Of a stretch of DNA of 64,000 nucleotides, positions 24,575 through 35,165 are shown piece after piece. A program made the translations under genes and the position numbers. The notes below the pieces were generated by a model, which ran no database searches, had not been told where the DNA came from, and saw nothing but the letters and a program-made list of their open reading frames with translations. The DNA comes from Phoronis australis (taxonomy: Eukaryota > Animalia > Phoronida). The DNA is taken from positions 149,150 through 213,149 of the forward strand of contig NMRA01000014.1 of assembly GCA_002633005.1 (NCBI GenBank), read 5' to 3'. How positions within the stretch are numbered: position 1 is the stretch's first letter; each line of letters opens with the position of its first letter.

Positions 24575-27500
24575 CTCAATTACTTTGGTATCAAAGCCCT
24601 CAAAAACATCTGCAACAAAATACCATTCAAATCATCAAATACAATTACAGAAAACAAGAAACCCATTCAGCAAACAGGATCTTTAACCAAACAGTCTCAA
24701 CTCACCTATACTATTCATTCAAAAATAGTCATTATGTTTTATACTCATAAGAAATCCATGATAATTTTTTTCAATTTTGAACAATGAAAAACCCTGGGTA
24801 TTCCAGAAATAAATGAATGATACCAAAATTATGTTCTCACCAGGAAAATGTGAATAATGGAGCACACATACAATGTACAAAATGGAGAAATGTCCAATCT
24901 CTTAAAAAACAAAATTGCTAAAATTTTGAGAGAAGTTTTCAGAACTGAAGATATCTCTCTAAATACCAGAAAGAAAACAAATTCCTCAAAAGAAAATTGT
25001 TGTCAACCACAGAACGGCTTTCAAACTACTCGACCAGCACTTACAGTCGTTGATAGGACTGGGTGGTCCTATACTAGTGCCTGGATACCTCTTGCCTCCT
25101 GTCCACCCTCGCAGAAGTGGCGGCATCTTGAGGACGCGGAATGAACCACCTTTCTCACGCAACTCCACCAGTTTCTTTTTCCTGTCAGGGTCGACTGGCA
25201 GGGCGCGTCGCTGCACCAGTTCTCGGCCCATGATGATGCGATTGGTGAGTCCAGGCCAGCTCATCCCAGACTCACCTTGAAAATTAATTTTAAGAGTAAG
25301 AATCAGACTAAAAACATGAGAAAAGAAATTGGCAATAGAACTTTTTCAAGCACATTAGAATTTATAAGAAGTTTGCGAGCTTGCTATGAATCTTTTAGAG
25401 TAGACGAGTCAATTAAAACTGTATGTGCATATACCAAGGTTCATTTGCATATAAATGACACTCTGCACATATCTGAAACCAGGTGCATGTGTCTTCATGT
25501 GAAACACATATTAAGTGAAACAGAGGAGCAAATTTTTTAAATATTATGCCATTGAAACTTGACTTTTCCATTCAAAATGTAGTAGCTGCTGATGTGTATG
25601 CAGTATAATGTCCCAGGTTTGAGTCCAGGTTGGGGCAAAAATCTTCTCAAACTTGTATTCATTAGGTAACATGATGTGGCCAACAGGTGGCATGCAGACC
25701 AGACTTTAAAAAGCTTGCAATAAATCATACTTGGACTACCAATGTCATCTTAAATTTATCAAGCTATTATTAACTCATAAAAAAGGTTAATGATTTTTAT
25801 TTGTTGATGAAGTGGAAAAAATAATATTAAACTGCATTAGAAATCATACAAATACTCAAAAAATGGTTTCAATTCAGAATGCTTTCGAAATCAACTCCCG
25901 CCAATTTTTTTGAAAAATGTGATGTAAAAACATACCTCAAACCGACATACAATGGGATCATAAATTCCTAATTCTTCTGGGAAAATACCAGTGGACAATA
26001 ATATTTCCGGTTTTGCTATGATGCTGTTATATAATAAGAGGAAATGCTCCAGATTTAAGACAACAGCAAAACTTAATTATTACAAACTGTAAATTAGCTA
26101 TACAACCATGAAATTTGCCACTAAAGACATTTTTGTAATGATCAAAAGACTGTGACAGTTCTGGATGACTATTCTATGCTTTGCTTCATCTCCCTGTCTT
26201 ATTTTTGCTATTTCTTATTTGTTTCTTCAACTTGGTAAAACATATGTGCACCATGTAGATATGTATCACAATTTGTTCTGAAATTAATACCAAAAACGTT
26301 ACAATGACACAAACCAATGCCAATCTGTTGTCCTCTGTTGAGGTCAATTCGCCGTTGACCTCGTTTAGCACGACCTCTCTTCCTTCCAGCATTACTGACC
26401 CCAGTTACACCTTTCCACAACTCATCAGCTGTCACTGAAAGTAAAAATGAGGTTCTTATGGCAATGTATTCTGTAATTAAAGCATAGCGTTTAAATGCAA
26501 TGTATTAATGTTATGAATAAGTTACAAAGGAAATGAACGTAAAAAATATGGCGCACTTTCAACATGGACGTCGCAAATCACATCCGACGCAAACAAGTCG
26601 AGATATTTTTGAAATTCGTCCTGGTATGGGAATTGGGGATAGTTAGGCCTATAAAAGATCTTAAAGTCAGCAGCAGAGCGTCTAAAGCCGTGCACCGTAC
26701 CAATGACTGCTGGTAACTCATCAGAGACACAACTTTAACATCCTTTGCAGCAGAGATAACTCTTCGGCTGTCTCCGGTGAGTCCATTCATTCTTGAATGA
26801 TGTTTAGGAAAATGAATAACTTAACAAAGGAAATAAAATGCAAATGGAAAATTATCATCCACTAATTTTCTTTCTAAGTTAACAAACAGTGTGTTCCTTT
26901 TAGTTTTGAGTCTAACGTAGCTCTGTGTGAATTTGAACCTGCCGCAGCTATGGTTATTCGAAGTGTGAGCCCATTATGAGACACCCTGTAAAGAGATGTG
27001 GTTCTCGTAGATCAAGTGTCCAATACTTACTTTTATTAAAGAAGCCCCCCCTCTGGTCAGTGGTGGTATGAAACTGGCGACAAGACTTGACACAAGAAAT
27101 CACAGACACAGCTCTCAGGTGGTGCAATCCAAGGGCTGCATTTCGTAGCATGTCTAAAATTAAGCACAAAAGACTCATCTGGTTAATGCCATGAGCCAAT
27201 AGGTCCCACTCAATGACAATGTAATGGTTGGTTAGCCAGCCAGCTAACTGTAAGAAGACTATCGTCAAATACAGTCAGGTACTACTGTGTGATGAGCTCC
27301 TACAGACCTCTAAATTCCACACAGCCTGCGGTAGTTTTGCTCGTCACCTCACCGTGTCATTCCACACAGCCTGCGGTAGTTTTGCTCGTCACCTCACCGT
27401 GTCATTCCACACAGCCTGCGGTAGTTTTGCTCGTCACCTCACCGTGTCATTCCACACAGCCTGCGGTAGTTTTGCTCGTCACCTCACCGTGAAACTTGTA

Positions 27501-28736
27501 TCAACATGTAGAGCTTAAGACCGGCAGACATGCATGCAAAATGTGGGAGTCAATTGACACTCAGCTTGCCCGTTACAGCTGTTAAAATGAAAAACAATCT
27601 AATAAACATCATTTTCTTGCGTAAATCTCTGACTTCGGTAACAAAGAAAAGTATGTCTTAGTTTTGAAAACAGTACACTCATGACAAGCACATGAGTCAT
27701 TTCCCGAATTTTTGCGACAGCTTTGCAGTAGCAAAATTTGTTCAGAAATTCGGTTTGCTGGTATTAAAATTCTAAACCCGTTCCAATAATTTGTTGCGAC
27801 GTGTACGCAACATAGCGAAAGAACAAATAACAATTGATCGAAGAATCATCAAAAAAAGAAATGCAATATTTCTTGAGGCCGAAAGTCAACGCAAAAGATC
27901 GCGCCACAATTTTAGCAGCAGAATTGCTGTGCGTGAACTTGGAATCCTGCTTAATCTCAAGATCGTCTATGCGTGAACTTGGAATTCATTTGGGCAATCA
28001 GGTGAACTTTTTTGTTCAGTGCAAGGAATTTTTGTAATTATTGTTGTCATGGTCACCCATTTTCTCATTTACCATAACTTGTGTCGAAGAATCGGAGGAA
28101 TATGTGAATGGTTAAATTAATTATTGTTTGGTGAATAAGATCACCAAAAGTTGAAAAAGTTGGTTAAAATTTACGTTATTATATTAAATTTAAAATGTAA
28201 TTTGATTTAGTGTAGTGAAAATTTTTAGCGACATGAACGTTATTATTTGAGTAAACTACTCAAGTTTCCTCGTGTACTCCAAGTTCCCGCATACGAGATT
28301 TTGAGTTCACGCACTGCAGAATAGAGAGCACGCCAATTTTTCCAACACCGGAAAATAATTTAGTGTACTCAAGGAAGAGTCTAGTTTTTAATGACACTAA
28401 TTTTGTGTCAGATTTTATCTCGTTGGTTTTTACCCATATCGGTGCCATGTATACTTATACAGTTTTGGCCCCAAGGCTAACACTAGCAGTCAACTAGGTG
28501 AGGTTTGGTTTAGGCTTGGTTTCAGAAATCACAAAGCCCCAAGATGAACTTGAGTATGCTTTGATAGACAGCTTTGATACTTGTTTTACATTTAAGCAGT
28601 AATATAAGTCGCTTTTATAGACAGCTTTGATATTTGTTTTACATTTAAGCAGTAACCTAAGTCCATCTTTACCTATTTGCAGCACCAAACGTTGTGTCGC
28701 ATGAGCATTCGTGAACACCCGCAAGGGCGCCGCCAT
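24575..28736 (-). CDS. MRPS5: Mitochondrial ribosomal protein uS5m, 5' part only. Exons 28736-28673, 27153-27031, 26434-26315, 25275-25045, 24609-24575
   Basis: Spliced translation MAAPLRVF...GGFFNKMTADELWKGVTGVSNAGRKRGR...DLNRGQQIGIGESGMSWPGL...PLLRGWTGGKRYPGTSIGPPSPINDYVFEGFDTKVIE matches recalled MRPS5 motifs (TADELWKG, DLNRGQxIG, WPGL, FDTRILE). All junctions are GT-AG and in phase. The start context is AAAATGGCGG. Confidence 0.93.
25590..25730 (+). mobile_element. Degenerate tRNA-derived SINE
   Basis: B-box-like GGTTTGAGTCC; the body TATTCATTAGGT.AC.TGATGTGGCCAACAG is shared with 42610-42750. Confidence 0.5.
27315..27491. repeat. 45-bp minisatellite, 4 identical copies (last slightly truncated), in MRPS5 intron 1
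   Basis: Unit TTCCACACAGCCTGCGGTAGTTTTGCTCGTCACCTCACCGTGTCA, with no spacers. Confidence 0.95.
27925..28320. mobile_element. MITE-like element with imperfect inverted ends
   Basis: GTGCGTGAACT...TATGCGTGAACTTGGA at 27929-27983 is mirrored by TCCAAGTTCCCGCATA...AGTTCACGCAC at ~28278-28314. Confidence 0.5.
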
Positions 28737-29021
28737 TTTGACAGTAAACACGTCTTGTACAATCTAATATATTTCAACAAGATGCATAAGTGAAAGTAGC
28801 GTGTATTTGTTTTATTAAATATCAACAACGTATTTAATTACATAAAAAATAAGTATTCCAATAAAAAATACTTATTTTTTATTGGAACAACACTCGTGGG
28901 CTAGATAACAACCTCTAAAAATTGAACAACAAAACGGAAGTTGTAGCATGACGACTCTATTTGCTAAAGGTCTGCGTGATGGACAAGCACTGGCGCTCGC
29001 CAAAGATCGTCAAATAAGGGC
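28737..29021. promoter_or_regulatory. Bidirectional promoter region shared by MRPS5 and COX16
   Basis: The two start codons are divergent and 285 bp apart. There is an ETS/GABP-like CGGAAG at 28935-28940 and a YY1-like AAAATGGCGG over the MRPS5 start. Confidence 0.7.
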
Positions 29022-32000
29022 ATGGATGGGTTGGTTCAAGGTTTTAACCGATTGAGAAATAGGCGGTTTTATCGCTACGGTGCCCCGTTCATGGTATGTC
29101 TCTCAAGATTATACCATCAATCTCGCGTTGTTGGTACCTTTTGCACATAGAAGAGTTACAACAGTGGCACGATATAGGGTATAGTGAAAACGCGCATTTT
29201 AAAATGTGTCGATTATTGACGGTGAAATCGACACATTTCGTTTCGCGACCAAAACCCGCGGAAACTTCCTAATCATGCCCGGAGTAACAAAAGTCCGCAA
29301 ACCTCAAATCTCAGTCCCGTCTCCTGGTTCTCAAAATATGTGCAGGTTTTATGTGACTGAGCAAGGTGAAAGAGAAAAAACAGCACTTGTCACGATAAAG
29401 AATAAATCTCGGCTTAACATTGGTACACTCTTGTGTTGTGAACCAATTTCTAAGTGAGGAATACAGATTATGCATCAGTCACTTTCAAAATTCAAATCCT
29501 CACGACTTTCCTGAGTCAGTATAGGAGATGAATGAATTAAATGCCTGCTATTTTATCTCAATACTGATGATAGCGATTGAGTCAGTCACTTCCACGCATC
29601 AACTCTAATACCGTATTCGCCGTAATAACCGCCCAGGGCGCTTAGAAAAGTTCGGTTCAGGGGGGGCGCTTATTATAACCCAAGGCGGTTGAAACCCGGT
29701 CTCCGAAACGGGTGAAATCGGAAGCTAAGATTCATCAAATTTACGCTCTGTGATGCATGTAATCTATGAAAGACTTTCAACAAAACTGTGGTGCATTGCT
29801 ATCAAACTTTGCTGCTAAATTACGATCATTTTACAGAAAATTGTGCTGAAATCCCAGGGCGAAAACTCGCCAACTGACTGCTTCGAAATCGCCGTCTTCG
29901 ATATGGCGACTTCAATGTTTGAATAAAAATGGTTTCGATAAAGTACCTGAAATCCTCATTAAATTTTATAAGTAGCGTCTCTAAGGTTTTTAAGTTCCNG
30001 GCGCTCAAATCGCTCGCGGGCGCTCACTCTATTGAACACGCTTCTGGTGTACCTCTATCTATGCGCGAAAGGTATTTATAACAACATGAGACCGTTTAGT
30101 CAGTGTGAGGCATAATGCGCTGATCAATAAGCATCGGTGTGGCCTATGGGATGACTAACATCTCTACTGCGGCCAGTTGAGACAGTGGTACTGTCTAGCC
30201 GATCAGTGGATTTTTGTTTTCACTGACTGTTTGACAAGATAGTTCCTTTTTCCGAAAACCAGATGGCATTGACCACAACCATGAAATTCGCTGTACACAG
30301 TACATTTACGCCTGGTACCCTCAAGTCAGATTCAGTTTTTAAATCTTTCCACCTCAATCAAATACTCTTGCAATCAAAATTTATCCCGAACAGTCTTCCA
30401 TTCCTTCTCCAAAATTGAAGGCTGTCACCTCGATTACATTCAGTGTGCTCGAGGTCAAAAGGAAACATATAGAGGATTTTCTGGGGAGGTCACCGATCTT
30501 TCATCCAGCCCGAGTGGAGGCAGCACAGTCAATGGGCCTGTCTAAAGTTTTAATTTAAGTTTACAGTAGCAGCATACGGGTTAATGTTTGAATGTAACAT
30601 GCCTGCAGTTTTCTCTGTATAATGGGCCATCAAATTGGTAATCAAAATATGGGCAGGTTTTATGTGACTATTGCTGTGTATGGCATATAGAGCAAGCTGA
30701 AAAAGAAAAAACATCACTTGTCGTGATAAAGAATAACATTGGTACACACTTGTGTTGTGAACCAATTTCTAAGTGAAGGATACAGATTATGCATCAGTCA
30801 CTTTCAAAATTCAAATCCTCTCGACTTTCCTGTGTCAGTATAGGAGATGAATGAATTAAATGCCTGCTATTTTGTCTCAATGCTGATGATAGCGATTGAG
30901 TCAGTCCCTTCCACGCATCAACTCTAATATTTGTTAACTGGTATAAAACGTGTGACCTAGCCAAAGATTTTGTCTACTCGCTGATTAATAGCTGTGTCTT
31001 GCATATCGCTTTCTTTGAAAACCAGACTGTTAGTCAGAGAAAGTACTTTATGATGCAAGATACACGTGAAGGTGTGTGCTGGAGTAGGGAACTTTACGCA
31101 ATTTTACACCCAGTTGAAAATTTAGGTGGAAAGTTTAGCATAGGACATTGATAAATGCTCATGATAGTTTTGAAAACAACATGAGAAGTTTTATTTTTTA
31201 TTGTTTCCGAGGGAGGAAGTCACTTCTGCCACACCCCTTTTGTCTACCTATGAGTAAATTGCCCATACACCTGTAGTTCAAGTCTTCAGAATACATTTTA
31301 AATTCAGAGCACATTATTGAACTACCTCTAGCAATGGAGATGAGCAATCCACAACAGAATTAGACATTGACAGCTAAACCACTGCAAAGTTCCCCCTTAA
31401 ATCTTGAGTCCAATCTTGTTTTATCTGTTCATGTTGTTTCACTTTGTCCTCATTCCAGCTGCTTGTTGTTGGCGCCTCATTTGGGTTGAAACAGTTTACA
31501 CAGATTCGATATACATTTACAAAGAAGGAAGTGGTAAGATTCTTTTTTACTACATCCTGGGCTACATTTTGACTGCAAGTCCCCTTGTTAACTGCTTGTT
31601 TCTGGTTTAAGATAAAAATACCCCCTAAAAATGTGCTTTCCTAGTTAATCAAACATGCATATAGATATAACATTATAGGGATACATGTGGGAATCAGAGG
31701 AAGAACATGCCATCCCTTCTCATGAAGGTGGGGTGCCACGCATTAAAGCAACTGCTTAAAAGTATGACTTGATTTGTTCTATGAGTTGTGGATCTCCTAT
31801 GGAGATAATAATTCTTAAGATGCAGTAACTGACAGGAAATCTGGGTGGGGATGGGAAATGTGTGACTACCCAGTGGGTTTTTGCCCCCACCCCCATGCCC
31901 ATTTCTTGACTTTATAGACTCTCCCTTATTTTTGGTTTCTAGGTTTTAATGAGTCCGTGCGTGTTAACCCAGACAAATATAATGTCCATGGTGGTTCATC

Positions 32001-34418
32001 TTATAATCTCATTTACTGTTAGAAGATATTATATTATAAGTCCAGTGGTTTCAAAACACACTTGAAGATGTTGAAGAAAAAATGTAACCTTTTCAAAGTT
32101 CTGTTTAGTAGGTTCATTATCGTCAAGTTTTGATGGGAGCCAGATGTATCGTGCTTTAAGAACTCATCAGTTTCATTTATCTCCTGGTGTTCTGAACATC
32201 AGGGCTTGGTTGCATCAAAAGTTATCCGCTAGATAAATTTGATTGTTGCATGATGTCGAGTGCGTTATTCAACAATAACGACGTGGCGCTTGGTAATGCG
32301 ACGTCATTGTTGTTATACAGCGTGTAATTTGTATGCGACTGGGCCGCTGGTCTATAGCAAGTTGTTAAGAGAGGAAAGCCTAATTTTGTCACGGGAAATG
32401 AGATAAGAGAATGGAGTTACCATACCCCCCCCCCAGTCCACTGCTCACCCTCCAATTACTCCCTTCAACACATTTATTTGTTCCACAAAATATCTGCTTC
32501 CCCAAGGGAGTGAATGTATAATCTGTGTGACACTTGCGAGACAGTTATTTGGAAGCCTTAGACCCCATACGAGTCTCATCCCTGCTCGAATATCCATCCA
32601 AATTCTGTTAATACACCTTTCTGTTGCTGTGTTATCTCCCCTTATCCTGATTTCAGCTTACTCCAGATCAGGTTAAAGAACTAGGAATCAAGAGGCGTCA
32701 AGAAATTTCAAGTTTAGAGGATGAGTATGAGGTAAGTTGAACTGGCCTGAAAGCAAGCATGAGATTTGTGCCAACTTTTATAAACTTCTTTACGAATTGT
32801 TATTTTGGAAACAATATTTTCTTGAAAGCACTGTGCCAGTGATTCCACGAACAGCCATACCAAATATAGGTCTACTTTTGGATCAATGATTAAAAGTTGC
32901 TAACAGTTAGTTGGTTTTCCAAAATGAACAGTGTTGGTGGGTGTGAAACAAAGAACATTTTTTCATGAAACGGGAGCATAGCTCATTTCTGCACATTCCA
33001 TCTTCGCCTTAATTATCCTGCTACAGCTCAAACAGACATATCTAACCTTACCGTTTGATACCATAAGTTCTCTTAACTACTTGTCCTCATTCTTTGCCTT
33101 TGTTGGTGGCACATATTTTGGTTAGGGGTCTCCTGTTTTTGAAAGTACATTTTGACTACTATTTGGGGTATTAGAAATTAAAGTACAAATGTGTTGTTTC
33201 CGAATATGTGTCTTGAGGCAAACTGCCAAGAATTCTTGGTAACAAAGAATGTAACATGTCAAATTAAGTAATAAAGCAATCACTAAAAACTAAGTATTCA
33301 ATTAAGTTGTATCTTAATACACATTATGACTGCTTTACCGTGGAGATGAAAGGCTAATCGTATTTTGTTACTCACCTTTGACCTCACACTAAAAAATCCA
33401 TTTAACTTGATCTCCAACCACACTCAGGCACTCATGCCACTCTCCAACCACACTCAGGCACTCATGCCACTCTCCAACCACACTCAGGCACTCATGCCAC
33501 TCTCCAACCACACTCAGGCACTCATGCCACTCTCCAACCACACTCAGGCACTCGTGCCACTCTCCAACCACACTCAGGCACTCGTGCCACTCTCCAACCA
33601 CACTCAGGCACTCATGCCACCCTCCAACCACACTCAGGCACTCATGCCACAGACATTTTTTACAGCAAGCGAATGCCAGAACAACACTTTTGGGGTGAAA
33701 CTGAGTCGCTCATGTTGTTTGCTTACTTTAAAACTTGTGTGCCCGAGTGTGGTTGGAATTCAGGCTCCCTGGCAAGTGTTTTTGTGCATGATTAGATTAT
33801 TTGTGGTGTGTGGCAAAAGTTAGTTTCTACACCCTGTTGCTGATAACTGTTAGTGACACTGTGATACTGGGGTCTGTTCCAAGAAAATGGTTTAATAAGT
33901 TCATTTTTGACTTAAGTATAAGATTTGTCTCAACTTCCAAACTTTGAAACTTCCACATCCAGTGAGATAGCCAAAATTAAGGCAACTTAAGTAAAAAATT
34001 TAAGTCAAACTTAAGATCTCTTTCTTGAAACGGACTTGAGAAGAATTAAGTTTCATCTTAAAATTGGCTGAAATTTGAGATTTGTCTTATCTAGGTCAGT
34101 TTTCTTGGAACAGGCTACTTGTTCATAAGAATTGCTGATAAAAATGTTATAATTTGATATTGCTTTCACAAAAATGCTGATAAACAACATTTCACTTTGG
34201 TCTAGTGAAAATATTTGCCTTTTATTTTTCGTCGATAGAAAACTGCTGCTGAAACGTTCTACTGTATTACTGCTTTACAGAAAACTGCTGATAAAATTCG
34301 GGATGAGCTAGATGACTGGGAAAATATCCGCGGCCCCAGACCTTGGGAAGACTCCAAGTCTGTGCAGGAATTGGAGAGAGAGTTGGCCAAAGTAAAGAAA
34401 CCTATAGTCACTTCATGA
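29022..34418 (+). CDS. COX16: Cytochrome c oxidase assembly protein COX16, complete, 119 aa. Exons 29022-29093, 31459-31533, 32657-32731, 34281-34418
   Basis: Spliced MDGLVQGFNRLRNRRFYRYGAPFM|LLVVGASFGLKQFTQIRYTFTKKEV|LTPDQVKELGIKRRQEISSLEDEYE|KTADKIRDELDDWENIRGPRPWEDSKS...* contains the COX16 signatures YGxPxxLLxVGxSFGLxxFxQIRY and DDWxNIRGPRPWE. All introns are phase 0, GT-AG. Confidence 0.95.
29331..30929. repeat. ~280-bp direct duplication (29331-29610 and 30642-30929) in COX16 intron 1, with a Tc1/pogo-like end TA|CCGTATT at 29609
   Basis: Two near-identical blocks differ by scattered substitutions and two indels. A single N lies between them at 29999. Confidence 0.85.
33411..33650. repeat. 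30-bp minisatellite x8 in COX16 intron 3
   Basis: Unit TCTCCAACCACACTCAGGCACTCATGCCAC with few variants. Confidence 0.95.
33869..34116. mobile_element. Small MITE-like element
   Basis: Inverted ends G.CTGTTCCAAGAAAA ... TTTTCTTGGAACAGGC; internal ACTTAAG repeats. Confidence 0.55.
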
Positions 34419-34993
34419 CGTATTATTTGTTGAGTTAGTAGTGCACTTGAGTTCATTCATTCATTCATTTGTGTTACAGGTGCTTTCGGTTTGATGTTGC
34501 ATTGCTGAACTGTGTACCACTATGAAATATTTCACTGTGAAACATTGGAATGCGGAAATGTTTTTCTAGTATTTAGTTGTACGATGATAGGTCTTCTGTT
34601 ATAAACTCGGGCCCAGTCTGTACAATGCTCGATTGTTGGTATTCAAATATATAAGACACTGGTCTCTACACACTTTTATTTCTACATGCATGCTTCAGAT
34701 AGTAATACATAGACTACTGATAGCTATCGCCATCTATACGTAGAAGTGAACAACACTATATTGTTAAAGAAGAGAACTTTTGATTTAGATTACATCAGTA
34801 CTGCACTATAAAATTGTTTACAACTCATCCTTTACTCAAGTGAGAAGTGATTTTGTAGTTTGAAAGGAACTCACTGTTTATTATAAGTTGAGAACATGCT
34901 CTATGTTTGAAATGTCAGGTGGTGACAAGCCAATTTGTTCTCAAACAATTTGAGACCAATTCCATGAGGTAAGGGGTCTAAATCATTTTTTGT

Positions 34994-35045
34994 GAGAGAG
35001 AGAGGGAGGGAGGGAGGGAGGGAGAGAGAGAGAGAGAGAGAGAGA
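34994..35045. repeat. (GA)n/(GGGA)n microsatellite in the probable COX16 3' UTR
   Basis: Read directly from the sequence. Confidence 0.95.
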
Positions 35046-35159
35046 AAAAACGCTTTTATTTACATTACATTTGTAGACTGAAACTTCTCATAAATTTCTG
35101 TTACCAGAAAAGAAATCGAAATCATATTTATTTCTTGACTGTACTATGTCTCTTTCATC

Positions 35160-35165
35160 AATAAA
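35160..35165 (+). terminator. Candidate COX16 polyadenylation signal AATAAA
   Basis: AATAAA lies ~740 bp after the COX16 stop; position is the only evidence. Confidence 0.35.

Noticed and set aside
14071-24575. Functional MRPS5-REV3L fusion protein (mitochondria-targeted Pol zeta)
   Set aside because: The MRPS5 exon 5 donor is phase 0, whereas the first two REV3L acceptors are phase 2 and phase 1, so direct splicing frameshifts. There is no transcript evidence.
27315-27491. Identical 45-bp direct repeats as a CRISPR array, or as coding repeats (ORFs 27228-27518, 27289-27492)
   Set aside because: There are no spacers, the context is a eukaryotic intron, and the ORFs arise only because the unit length is a multiple of 3.
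33365-33823. 152-aa ORF with (PLSNHTQALM)n and its antisense ORF
   Set aside because: Translation of a 30-bp minisatellite within COX16 intron 3.
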